From: Vulcanimicrobiota bacterium
GTDB lineage: Bacteria; Vulcanimicrobiota; Xenobia; Xenobiales; JADMJV01
Length of the DNA: 64,000 bases
Direction: 5' to 3'
NCBI GenBank assembly: GCA_050250895.1
Contig: JBFWNU010000001.1
Coordinates: 3,616,149-3,680,148 of the forward strand
In this document: positions 55,485 through 64,000 of the stretch, piece after piece
Layout of the letters: the number at the start of each line of letters is the position of its first letter
Position numbering within the stretch: the first letter of the stretch is position 1
Notes under the pieces: model-generated
What the model was told of the DNA's origin: nothing
Seen by the model: the letters and a program-made list of their open reading frames with translations, nothing else
Database searches by the model: none
Position numbers and translations under genes: made by a program

Positions 55485-56813
55485 TTAGGGGAGGATCTCG
55501 CCGTAGCTGAAGCAGCCCTCGGCCGTGCCGGCATTCTCGAAGGTCAGCCAGACCCGGCCGATCTTGTCGTCCACTTTGGTGATGGTGGCCGGGCGAACAC
55601 CCTTGGCAAACGGCGCCTGCACTTTGTCGCCGGCTTTGAGCTTAGGATGCAAAGGTAGCGGCTCGACGTCGGACTTGTCGAACACGGCCACGTCGCCTCC
55701 AAACGTGCTTACCAGCACTTTGTCGCCCGAGACGTTGATGACCTGGCCCAGGCCCTTCTCGCTGCCGTCGGGGTGCAAGACCTTGACGCCGGTCTCGACG
55801 CCGTCGTGAACAACCCGGAAGGTGCCCGGCTCGACCGGCTGATTGAACTGGTCGCCCTCGGGCTTGTTCGAGCCGTAGACCGGCTTGAAGAAATGCACTT
55901 TGGGCTTGGTCGGGTCAGCGGCATCGATGACCATGCCTCGGGTCATGTCGTCATACTTCGGAAAGCTGAGTACGATGTCGCCTTTCTTGGCCTTGGCGTC
56001 TTTGCTCAGGCTGATGACCAGCGAGTTGGGCACCTCCCAGCTCTTGCCCTCGTCCTCTACGGTCGAGGTCTCGGGGCCGGGTTTTACCATCTTGCGGTCG
56101 CGGAAACCGCGAGGGTTCTTCTTGCCCATCTTGAGCATGTCGTTGATCTCTTTGTCAGAGGGGGCGAACACCAGGTCGCCGGGCTTGGCCGCCACTTCCA
56201 TCGCCGGGAAGTCATAAGGCAGATTGCCCTCCCCGGCCGCCCCTTCGCTGGTCACCTTGACTTTGAAGTCGCCTTTGAGAGCGGCTCCCTTGTCGTCGGT
56301 CAGGTCGAAAGTGCCGGACATCTCGGTGTCGGAGAGGTCGCTCACCACCACCGTCCCCTTGGGGTTCTCGAAGTTATAGCGCTGCTGTCTTCCGTCTTCG
56401 AAGTAGACGATGTCGGTGTAGGCAATGGCGTCGTCTTTATACTCGCCGGCCGGGATAGGGGTCTTGAATTCGGAGCCTTCGGGGCTCTTGAGACCCAGCA
56501 CCACCCGGGTCTGGCCCTCGGTTACATCGGCCACGCTGCTGATGTTGCGGGGGGTGACCACGAAGTCGTAGCTGCCCACAGTGATGGCTCCCGTGCGGGT
56601 GTCGGTCCGCGGGTCATACCAGCCGCTGGCCGGCTCGAAAGAGAGTTCTTTGCCCTCGGCGATCTTCACCTCGAGGGCGGCTTTGGCCGCCTCGGGCGTG
56701 GTCGCCTCCGAGCCGGTCGCGCCCGGAGTGGCGGGGCCGGAGGGCTCGGTCTTGGGCTGGCAGCCTACCAGCACCACGGATAACAATAGTAGAAGGATCA
56801 GGTTTCTCTGCAT
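55485..56813 (-). CDS. Hypothetical lipoprotein with possible tandem SH3/Tudor-like C-terminal domains
   Basis: Lipobox LVGC; repeated K.GD.V motifs (KPGDLV, KKGDIV, KAGDKV). Confidence 0.75.
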   Translation of the reverse strand: MQRNLILLLLLSVVLVGCQPKTEPSGPATPGATGSEATTPEAAKAALEVKIAEGKELSFEPASGWYDPRTDTRTGAITVGSYDFVVTPRNISSVADVTEGQTRVVLGLKSPEGSEFKTPIPAGEYKDDAIAYTDIVYFEDGRQQRYNFENPKGTVVVSDLSDTEMSGTFDLTDDKGAALKGDFKVKVTSEGAAGEGNLPYDFPAMEVAAKPGDLVFAPSDKEINDMLKMGKKNPRGFRDRKMVKPGPETSTVEDEGKSWEVPNSLVISLSKDAKAKKGDIVLSFPKYDDMTRGMVIDAADPTKPKVHFFKPVYGSNKPEGDQFNQPVEPGTFRVVHDGVETGVKVLHPDGSEKGLGQVINVSGDKVLVSTFGGDVAVFDKSDVEPLPLHPKLKAGDKVQAPFAKGVRPATITKVDDKIGRVWLTFENAGTAEGCFSYGEILP

Positions 56814-56923
56814 CGGCCCCTATTTTTTGGACGGGCTGGATGTCCTCTGTATGGGGGTGTTTTTTCTCCTCGGGTAGAGTCGGGGCTTCGAGGACGCGGG
56901 CCTCCCGGCCCGAAGCATCCGGC

Positions 56924-57742
56924 ATGAGATATCTTCTGCTTGCGTTGGTGGCCGTGACCGGGTTGGCTGCCGCTCAACCTGTGTTGCACACCGATGACCG
57001 CCAACTTTCGCGCGACCACCAGGTGCCCCCGTTGAAGCTGGTGGGGCCGCAGTTGTGGCCGCAAGTACCGTGGCAGCAGGTGGGCCCGGGCATCCGGCGC
57101 CGGGTGCTCTATAGTGATCGTCTGACCATGGTCTTGCTCGAGATCGAGGCGCCGGTGGATGACCAGCCGCTGCAGACGCACTATCACATTCACGACCAGG
57201 TGACCTATTTGCTCGAGGGTCGGGGCCTGGTGTCGGTCGCCGGGCAAGAGATGGAAGTGGCCGCGGGAGGAGCCTATTCGGTTCCCTCCAACGTGCATCA
57301 CGGTCTCAAGCCCTTGACCCCGCGACTGGTGCTGGTCGAGTGTTTTACTCCTACCCGCGAGGATTTTCGCCAGTCGTTGACCGAGAACGAGGTGCGCTCG
57401 TTTGTCTATCAGTGGTTCTCGCTGTTTGACCGCACCGCCCCGGCGGCCGCCTTCCTGCCTTACCTCGATGGGGAGCGGATGGTGGTGGAGTTTCCTGAAA
57501 GAACGCTTCGCTCACACCAGGATTTCGAGACCTGGTATGCCGAGGTGGTCGCGCTCTTTCCCCGGGTCAGCCACCAGGTGCGCAACCTCGAGGTGCAGGC
57601 CGAAGGGGCGGGATTCAGCGTCCGACTCGAGGTGGGTTGGACACCCGAAGGGCAGGCTACTCAGTGGTTCCGGCAGCAGTGGATTATCGACGGGCAGAGC
57701 GGGCGACCCCAGATCGTGAGCTACAAGGTCACTCCGCTTTAG
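56924..57742 (+). CDS. Secreted cupin domain + SnoaL/NTF2-like fusion protein
   Basis: Signal peptide MRYLLLALVAV; HYHIHDQVTYLLEG...VPSNVHH...FTPTREDF; then VRSFVYQWFSLFD. Confidence 0.75.
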   Translation: MRYLLLALVAVTGLAAAQPVLHTDDRQLSRDHQVPPLKLVGPQLWPQVPWQQVGPGIRRRVLYSDRLTMVLLEIEAPVDDQPLQTHYHIHDQVTYLLEGRGLVSVAGQEMEVAAGGAYSVPSNVHHGLKPLTPRLVLVECFTPTREDFRQSLTENEVRSFVYQWFSLFDRTAPAAAFLPYLDGERMVVEFPERTLRSHQDFETWYAEVVALFPRVSHQVRNLEVQAEGAGFSVRLEVGWTPEGQATQWFRQQWIIDGQSGRPQIVSYKVTPL

Positions 57743-58148
57743 GGGTGGGGGTCAGGGCCGACTTGGGCACGACTTCGAACATACGAATGTGGGTGCCGTC
57801 GGCATCACCCTGGGCCACGATATAGCCGCCTTTGCGGTTGGGGTCGACCGCCTTGCAATAGTAGAACGAAGAGTCGGGAGTGCAGTTGCCGTCGGACCAA
57901 TGGCCGGGGCGCAGTTTGTTCCAACCCGGTTGCTTGGCCAGCAACTCGTCGTAATGTTTGCGCACCTCGATCTCGCCGTGGTTGGACATAAAGACGCGGG
58001 TGTAGGCGATATAGTCACCCATGTCTTTGTCGCCGCTCTCCTTGGCCAGGAAGAGGGCCCCGGGATAGGTCGGCAGGTCGAAGGCGTCGTTGGCGGGTTG
58101 ACACCCGGCCAGGGCGAGCAGCAAAGTCAAAAATAGCAGGCGTCGCAT
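57729..58148 (-). CDS. Hypothetical lipoprotein
   Basis: MRRLLFLTLLLALAGC lipobox; LPTYPGA motif. Confidence 0.75.
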   Translation of the reverse strand: MRRLLFLTLLLALAGCQPANDAFDLPTYPGALFLAKESGDKDMGDYIAYTRVFMSNHGEIEVRKHYDELLAKQPGWNKLRPGHWSDGNCTPDSSFYYCKAVDPNRKGGYIVAQGDADGTHIRMFEVVPKSALTPTPKAE

Positions 58149-58190
58149 TCGGCTTGTTTCAGGATGCAAGCGGAGAACCCTACCTCCTGA

Positions 58191-58247
58191 GGATGCCCCC
58201 CCGCGGACCGCACGTATGTATCCGCTGCCGGTAGCCTCCGGTAGGCT
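58191..58247 (+). promoter_or_regulatory. Putative regulon promoter of the act operon (GGAT-N11-GACC + TAGGCT -10)
   Basis: Box 58191-58209, -10 58242-58247, gap 32 bp; a second box GGAT-N11-ACCC lies at 58162-58180. Confidence 0.55.
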
Positions 58248-58277
58248 CGGAGGGAAACTCCTCGGGGGAAAAAATGC

Positions 58278-58922
58278 GTGCAGCCGCCTTTTACAAAACA
58301 AGCCGACCCCTTTCTTCGCTGGATCGTGCTGCTGCTGGTGGTTGGCTCGCTGGGATCGGTCATTGCCCTGGCCCTGGCTGCTCACTCGGACCAAATCACC
58401 GGCGAGGGGTATGCCCCCGCCCAGCCGGTGCCCTTCAGCCACGAGCACCATGTGGGCCGCCTGGGCCTCGACTGCCGCTATTGTCACGGGGGGGTCGAAA
58501 CAGGGGCTTTTGCGGGCGTCCCTGCCACCAGCGTCTGTATGACCTGCCACTCGCAACTGTTCACCCAGGAAGAGATGCTCGAGCCCGTCCGCCAGAGCCT
58601 TTACCAGAACAAGCCTATCCATTGGACGCGGGTCCACAATCTGCCCGACTACGTCTACTTCGACCACAGCATCCACCTCAGCAAAGGCGTGGGCTGCGCC
58701 GAATGCCACGGTCCGGTCGCCAAAATGCCGCTGATGCGCAAGGCCCACTCGATGACCATGTCGTGGTGCCTGGATTGCCATCGCGATCCAGGCCCTCGCC
58801 TGCGCGACCAAGAGCTTCTTTTCAATACCGTCGACCAGCCACCTCGCGACCCCGACCGGCTGATGCAAGAGTATCACGTCAATACCGAGGGTCTGACCTC
58901 ATGCACAGCCTGTCACAGGTGA
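58278..58922 (+). CDS. actA: Alternative complex III pentaheme cytochrome c subunit
   Basis: N-terminal TM, QPVPFSH.HH, five CxxCH motifs (CRYCH, CMTCH, CAECH, CLDCH, CTACH). Confidence 0.95.
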   Translation: MQPPFTKQADPFLRWIVLLLVVGSLGSVIALALAAHSDQITGEGYAPAQPVPFSHEHHVGRLGLDCRYCHGGVETGAFAGVPATSVCMTCHSQLFTQEEMLEPVRQSLYQNKPIHWTRVHNLPDYVYFDHSIHLSKGVGCAECHGPVAKMPLMRKAHSMTMSWCLDCHRDPGPRLRDQELLFNTVDQPPRDPDRLMQEYHVNTEGLTSCTACHR

Positions 58923-58926
58923 TGAA

Positions 58927-61416
58927 GTGAGACACGCTTCTCACGCGGACGCCCTGGGCGAAATGGGTCGCCGGCACTTTCTGAAGTTGCTGACCACCAG
59001 CCTGGCTTTGCTCGGCGGCTGCCGACGGGCTGCCGAGATCGTTCCCGCCGTGGTCGAGCGCGAGAACCTCGACAGCCAGTTTGCGACCACTCTGTCCTAT
59101 CGAGATTTTGGGCGAGGCGTGCTGGTCGAGACGTTGGGCGGCCGGCCGGTGGGGTTGGTGGGCCACGGCTCAGGGACCGATCCTCAGATGCACGCCGCCT
59201 TGCTGGACCTCTACGACCCGTCTCGTCGCTTCGGCACTACCGACCTGGGTCGGCTGTCCGGCCTGATAGCCCGAGCCCGAGTGGCCGAGGGTCGGGGCCT
59301 GGCCATCCTCTCGCGGCCGCTTCGCTCGCCGCTGCTCGAGGCCCAGCGCCAACGCCTGCAGCAGGCCATGCCGCGGGCCCGCTGGTTCGTGCACGACCCC
59401 GCCCCGGCCACCCTCAGCGGTTTCGACCGCCCCTATCTAGCCCACTACGAGCTTGAGCATGCCCGCTTGATCGTGAGCTTTGACGAAGATTTTCTGGGCA
59501 CCCATCCCGACCGTCTGCGCTTGGCCGGGCAGTTCGCCGAACATCGTCAACCCGGCCCCGAAATGTCCCGATTGTACGTGCTCGAAAGCTCTCCCAGTGC
59601 CACCGGCCAGGTGGCCGACCACTGCCGACGCCTGCATCCGGCTGCCCTCGAGCAAGCTCTCTGGGCCCTGGCCAAGAAGGCGGGGGTCCACCACCAGGAC
59701 GGCCAGGATTCTCCCCTGGTGCGTGCCCTGGTCCACGAACTCGACGACCATCAAGGCCGCTGCGTGGTGATGGGTGGACCCTGGTTGTCACCCGGCGCCC
59801 AGGTGTTGATCCATCGGCTCAATCAGAAGTTTAGGGGGCTCGTGAGCTATTCGGCCGAGCCTCAAGAGGAGGGCCTCGAACCGTTGCGGCAGGGGCTCGA
59901 GAAGAGAGAAGTGCGCTGGTTGCTCATCCTGGGCGGCGATCCGGTGATGGAGTCGGGGGGTGAACTGCGGCTCGATGGGCTCGAGCGGAGCGTGCATCTG
60001 AGCGAGTTTGCTAACCAGACCAGCCAGGCATGCCAACTAGCTATCCCACGAGCGCACCCGTTAGAGAGTTGGGGGGATCGACGCTACTATGATGGTCGAG
60101 TCGGCTTTGTGCAGCCGCTGGTCGAGCCCCTCTACGGTGGCGTTTCTGATCACGAGGTACTGGCTCTGCTGCTGGGCGAGCGACTGGCCCCGCTCGAGGC
60201 CTTGCGCCGCCACTACGGCTCCCGCCTCGACCTGGCCCGGGGTTGGTTGGAGCAGGAGCAACCCCCCCACGAGCCGGTCGAACGGGCTCAGCCGGCGGCA
60301 CCGGCCCAGGAAGAGCCTCTCTTGCTCTTTCGGCCCGATCCCCATCTGGTCGACGGCGGCCTGGCTCATAACGCCTGGCTGCAAGAACTGCCGAGACCCC
60401 TCACCGGCCTGTGTTGGGGGCAGCCGGCTCTAGCCTCGGGCGACCTCGAAGAGGGCCGCCACTTGGCCCTGTCCACCCAGCGAGCCCAACTCGAGGTGCC
60501 CCACTACCAGCTCGAACAGCATCCGGCCAACTGCGCCACTCTCTACCTCGGCCCCGAGGCCTATCGTCTGGGCCACGCACTGTGGCAGACACCGGTGAAG
60601 ATGCAGCCCGGCCAGGGCTTCACGGAGGTGATCACCACCCAACACCACCACGTCATCGAGTGGGAACTGTTCGGCGAGCAACCCACCGAATCACTCTATC
60701 CCGAGCCCGAGCCCGGCCAGGTGGCCTGGGGCATGGTTATCGACCTCAATCGTTGCATCGGTTGCAACGCCTGCACCGTGGCTTGCCAGTCCGAGAACAA
60801 CATCCCCGTGGTGGGCCCCCAGGAGGTGGCTCGAGGGCGCGAGATGCACTGGATTCGGATCGACAGCTACTTCAAGCCCCAGCAGCTGTTCGTGCCGGTG
60901 CCATGCATGCATTGCGAACACGCTCCCTGCGAGCAGGTGTGCCCGGTCGAGGCGACCCTGCATAGCCACGACGGCCTCAACGAGATGATCTACAACCGGT
61001 GCGTGGGCACCCGTTATTGTTCCAACAACTGTCCTTACAAGGTGCGTCGCTTCAACTTCTTCAACTACGTCGACCCCCGCCAAGAAGTGGCTCCCTTGCG
61101 CAATCCGCAAGTGACCGTACGCGATCGCGGCGTGATGGAAAAGTGTTCTTATTGCGTGCAGCGCATCCGCAAAGCCGACATCGCGGCTCGCAAAGCCAAT
61201 CGCCCTATCGCCGATGGTGAGGTGATCACTGCCTGTCAGGCCGCTTGTCCTACTCGGGCCATCACCTTCGGCAACCTGGCCGACCCCGACTCGGCCGTGG
61301 CCAGGCTGGCCAGGGATCCTCGCAACACCAGCATGCTGGCCGAACTCAACACCCGTCCTCACACCACCTACCTGGAACATCAGGGCAACCCAAGAGCGGG
61401 ACTCGAGCCGACGTGA
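58927..61416 (+). CDS. actB: Alternative complex III subunit B (molybdopterin-oxidoreductase-like + Fe-S domain)
   Basis: Tat motif GRRHFLK, LLDLYDP.R, NAWLQELP.P, CIGCNAC..AC, CMHCEHAPC..VCP, CVGTRYCSNNCPY, MEKCSYC. Confidence 0.93.
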   Translation: MRHASHADALGEMGRRHFLKLLTTSLALLGGCRRAAEIVPAVVERENLDSQFATTLSYRDFGRGVLVETLGGRPVGLVGHGSGTDPQMHAALLDLYDPSRRFGTTDLGRLSGLIARARVAEGRGLAILSRPLRSPLLEAQRQRLQQAMPRARWFVHDPAPATLSGFDRPYLAHYELEHARLIVSFDEDFLGTHPDRLRLAGQFAEHRQPGPEMSRLYVLESSPSATGQVADHCRRLHPAALEQALWALAKKAGVHHQDGQDSPLVRALVHELDDHQGRCVVMGGPWLSPGAQVLIHRLNQKFRGLVSYSAEPQEEGLEPLRQGLEKREVRWLLILGGDPVMESGGELRLDGLERSVHLSEFANQTSQACQLAIPRAHPLESWGDRRYYDGRVGFVQPLVEPLYGGVSDHEVLALLLGERLAPLEALRRHYGSRLDLARGWLEQEQPPHEPVERAQPAAPAQEEPLLLFRPDPHLVDGGLAHNAWLQELPRPLTGLCWGQPALASGDLEEGRHLALSTQRAQLEVPHYQLEQHPANCATLYLGPEAYRLGHALWQTPVKMQPGQGFTEVITTQHHHVIEWELFGEQPTESLYPEPEPGQVAWGMVIDLNRCIGCNACTVACQSENNIPVVGPQEVARGREMHWIRIDSYFKPQQLFVPVPCMHCEHAPCEQVCPVEATLHSHDGLNEMIYNRCVGTRYCSNNCPYKVRRFNFFNYVDPRQEVAPLRNPQVTVRDRGVMEKCSYCVQRIRKADIAARKANRPIADGEVITACQAACPTRAITFGNLADPDSAVARLARDPRNTSMLAELNTRPHTTYLEHQGNPRAGLEPT

Positions 61417-62699
61417 ACAGGGCTGCCGCCAAGATCACCTCCATCGTCTTGAACCATCCCACCAACCGGGTGTGGTGGACCACTTTCGCGGTGGCCCTGG
61501 CGCTGCTGTTCACCTTTGTGGTCAGTGGGTTGGTGGTGCTCATCGGTGGGGTGGGAATGTGGGGGATCAACATCCCCGTGGGCTGGGGCATGGCCATCAC
61601 CAACTTCGTCTGGTGGATCGGAATCGGCCACGCCGGCACTTTGATCTCGGCCTTTCTGCTGTTGATGCGACAGGGCTGGCGCGACTCGATCAATCGCTTT
61701 GCCGAGGCCATGACCTTGCTGGCCGTGGTGTGCGCTGGCGTCTTTCCTCTGCTTCATCTGGGGCGTCCCTGGCTCTTTTACTACCTGGCGCCTTACCCCA
61801 ACACGATGGGTCTGTGGCCGCAATGGCGCAGCCCGCTGGTGTGGGACATGTTCGCGGTGGCCACCTATTTCACCGTATCGTTGCTGTTCTGGTACCTCGG
61901 TCTGGTGCCCGATCTGGCGGTCATGCGCGACGCCACCACCGGCTGGAAACAGAAGGTCTATGGCGTGATGGCCCTGGGTTGGCGGGGTTCGGCTCACCAC
62001 TGGGTGCTGCACCAGCGGGCCGACTTGCTCCTGGCCGCCTTTGCCACCCCGCTGGTCCTCTCGGTCCACAGCATCGTCTCGCTCGACTTCGCCGTAGGTA
62101 TCGTGCCGGGTTGGCACTCGACCATCTTGCCACCCTATTTCGTGGCCGGGGCGATCCTGTCGGGTTTCGCCATGGTGGCCACCCTGGCCATTCCACTGCG
62201 ACGCTACTATCAGCTCGAAGAGTTCATCACCAACCGCCATCTCGAGAACATGGCCAAGCTGATGCTGCTGACCTCGATCCTGGTCACCTACGGCTATGCC
62301 AGCGAGATGTTCATGGCCTGGTATAGTCATGACCCCGCTGAGGTCGCCACCATTCGCGACTGGTTCGTGGGGCCTTACGCACCGGTCTGGTACACGATGC
62401 TGTTGTGCAATTGCACCGTTCCCGCTCTGTTCTGGTGGCGCAAGATCCGCACCTGGCCGGCGGCCATTTTCGTCATTTCCTTGCTGGTCAATCTGGGCAT
62501 GTGGCTCGAGCGCTATCTCATCGTGATCAACAGCCTGCATCACGACTTTCTGCCCTCGTCTGCGGGCATCTACGTTCCCACCCTCTGGGATTGGGGGCTC
62601 CTGACCGGCACGCTGGGATTGTTCTTGACCTTTTTCATGATTTTCTTGCGCACGCTGCCCGCCATCAGCATTTACGAGGTGAGTGAGGGCGAAGAATGA
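61413..62699 (+). CDS. actC: Alternative complex III quinol-binding subunit (NrfD/PsrC family)
   Basis: NFVWWIGIGHAGTLISA, INRFAEAMT, HLGRPW, SPLVWD, LSVHSIVS.DF, WHSTI.PPYFV.GA; GTG 61413. Confidence 0.95.
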   Translation: MNRAAAKITSIVLNHPTNRVWWTTFAVALALLFTFVVSGLVVLIGGVGMWGINIPVGWGMAITNFVWWIGIGHAGTLISAFLLLMRQGWRDSINRFAEAMTLLAVVCAGVFPLLHLGRPWLFYYLAPYPNTMGLWPQWRSPLVWDMFAVATYFTVSLLFWYLGLVPDLAVMRDATTGWKQKVYGVMALGWRGSAHHWVLHQRADLLLAAFATPLVLSVHSIVSLDFAVGIVPGWHSTILPPYFVAGAILSGFAMVATLAIPLRRYYQLEEFITNRHLENMAKLMLLTSILVTYGYASEMFMAWYSHDPAEVATIRDWFVGPYAPVWYTMLLCNCTVPALFWWRKIRTWPAAIFVISLLVNLGMWLERYLIVINSLHHDFLPSSAGIYVPTLWDWGLLTGTLGLFLTFFMIFLRTLPAISIYEVSEGEE

Positions 62700-63175
62700 T
62701 CTTGCTCGAGTTTCAAAGCCGAGAAGACCTGCTCGACGCGGCCCGGCTGCTGCATCAGCGCCAGGCTCGATTGCTGGACGCCTTTACCCCCTATCCGGTG
62801 GAAGAGCTCGAGGAGTTCTTTGCGGCCGAGCCGGGACGCGTCTCGCGCAATGTCTTCTGGGGAGCGACTTTGGGCGCGCTCGTCGGGTTCGGTATGCAAA
62901 CCATCGCCACCGTGGTCGACTATCCGTTTCGAGTGGCCGGCACTCCGGCTTTCAGCTGGCCGGCCTACTTGCCGGTCACTTTCGAACTGGCCGTCCTGTT
63001 TGGCTCGTTCGCGGCCGTCGTCAGCGTGCTGTGGTATTGTCGACTACCCCGCTTGCACCACCCCGTCTTCGAGGTCGAGGCGTTTCGTCGCGCCTCCACC
63101 GACGGCTTCTTCTTGCTGGTCGAGGCCGACCTGCCGCTGCCGGTGAAAGGAGCCACCGTCCATGCGCTCGACTAG
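62696..63175 (+). CDS. actD: Alternative complex III subunit D (DUF3341)
   Basis: DAFTPYPV, FSWPAYLPVTFEL.VLF, LPRLHHPVF. Confidence 0.92.
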   Translation: MILLEFQSREDLLDAARLLHQRQARLLDAFTPYPVEELEEFFAAEPGRVSRNVFWGATLGALVGFGMQTIATVVDYPFRVAGTPAFSWPAYLPVTFELAVLFGSFAAVVSVLWYCRLPRLHHPVFEVEAFRRASTDGFFLLVEADLPLPVKGATVHALD

Positions 63176-63611
63176 CCTGGCCGCTCTGCTGTTGTGCCTG
63201 AGCCTTTGTGGTTGCCCCGACATGAAAGAGCAGCCGCGCTACGATGCGCTGGAGGGCCAGGCTCCGGTCGGCCCCCCGCCGGGCACCGTGCCCGCCCTGG
63301 CGAGCGAACCGCCTCCGCCGCTGAGCCGTGAGTTGTTGGTCAGGGGGCAAGAGCGCTTCAACATCTATTGCGCGCCCTGTCATGACACCACCGGGCACGG
63401 CCATGGCGTGATTGTCCAAAAGGGCTTTCCCCAGCCTCCCAGCCTGCACACCCAGCGATTGCGCGAGGTCCCCGACCAGCACCTGTGGTCGGTGATCACC
63501 AACGGGGCCGGAGCCATGTATCCCTACGCCGACAGGGTTTCTCCCAGTGATCGGTGGGCCATCGTCCACTACCTGCGGGTGCTGCAGTTGCAGTACGAGG
63601 AGACCCCATGA
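63162..63611 (+). CDS. actE: Alternative complex III monoheme cytochrome c lipoprotein
   Basis: Lipobox LCGC, DM..QPRY, RG.ERFNIYCAPCH, G.GAM..Y, DRWAIV.Y.R. Confidence 0.93.
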   Translation: MRSTSLAALLLCLSLCGCPDMKEQPRYDALEGQAPVGPPPGTVPALASEPPPPLSRELLVRGQERFNIYCAPCHDTTGHGHGVIVQKGFPQPPSLHTQRLREVPDQHLWSVITNGAGAMYPYADRVSPSDRWAIVHYLRVLQLQYEETP

Positions 63612-64000
63612 CCGCCGTTCGCAGCCTGACCGTGGTGGCCGTCATCGCCTGGTTGGCCGGTCTGTGGTTCGAGCCCGGCCGGGCTACGCAGGCCTATCTC
63701 TGGAGCTATCTGCTCCTCATCGGCTTGCCGTTGGGATCGCTCACCTGGATGATGGTCCACCGCTTGACCGAAGGGCGCTGGGGCAAGCCGCTGTTGCCGG
63801 TGGCCGAAGCGGCGGCGGCCACCATCGTTCCCATGACGTTTCTCTTCCTCCCCATCGCTTTGGGGCTTGGCTATCTCTATCCGTGGGCGCATGCGGCCGG
63901 CAACGAGACGCTGCTGTATCGCTACGACTGGATGAATCCCCTGGCCGTCCTGATCAGGAGCAGCCTCTATTTCGCAGCCTGGGTGGGAATGGTCATCTTC
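63608..64000 (+). CDS. actF: Alternative complex III subunit F (runs off the right edge)
   Basis: ATG 63608 overlaps the actE stop; AYLWSYL..IGLPLGSL..MMVH.LT.GRWG...LYPW...WMNP...R..LYF. Confidence 0.85.
   Translation, partial: MTAVRSLTVVAVIAWLAGLWFEPGRATQAYLWSYLLLIGLPLGSLTWMMVHRLTEGRWGKPLLPVAEAAAATIVPMTFLFLPIALGLGYLYPWAHAAGNETLLYRYDWMNPLAVLIRSSLYFAAWVGMVIF

Noticed and set aside
1-64000. Prophage, IS element, tRNA or rRNA
   Set aside because: No integrase, transposase or phage structural motifs and no recognisable structural RNA genes were seen by eye

Overview
GC-rich bacterial chromosomal segment with no rRNA, tRNA, CRISPR array, integrase or transposase seen. Positions 1-7.5 kb hold a type II secretion/type IV pilus-like cluster (three pilin-like genes, three tandem GspF/PilC paralogues, a coupled Ser/Thr kinase, and a divergent GspE/PilB ATPase). 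It is followed by an ~830 bp hairpin-repeat mosaic, an M1 aminopeptidase, an HNH remnant and a matrixin. From ~12.5 to 52.8 kb lies a large general-stress/stationary-phase-type island: YciF, PfpI, DUF4142, DUF72, SRPBCC, Zn-ADH, PoxB-like, SDRs, F420-type LLM, glycogen debranching enzyme, glycosyltransferases, LigD phosphoesterase and degenerate CheB/CheR sensors. From 58.3 kb to the end is an alternative complex III operon (actABCDEF). Two observations stand out. (1) About 20 transcription units share a promoter architecture I cannot assign to a known regulator: an inverted repeat GGAT-N11-ATCC placed 32-33 bp upstream of a TANNNT -10 box, often with leaderless starts. (2) One member of that putative regulon is a membrane-arm-only complex I operon (nuoA-H-J-K-L-M-N, no nuoBCDEFGI) whose quinone-site and coupling residues are lost or charge-swapped and whose NuoJ has a Met/His-rich loop. 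All calls come from reading the sequence by eye; no database searches were run.
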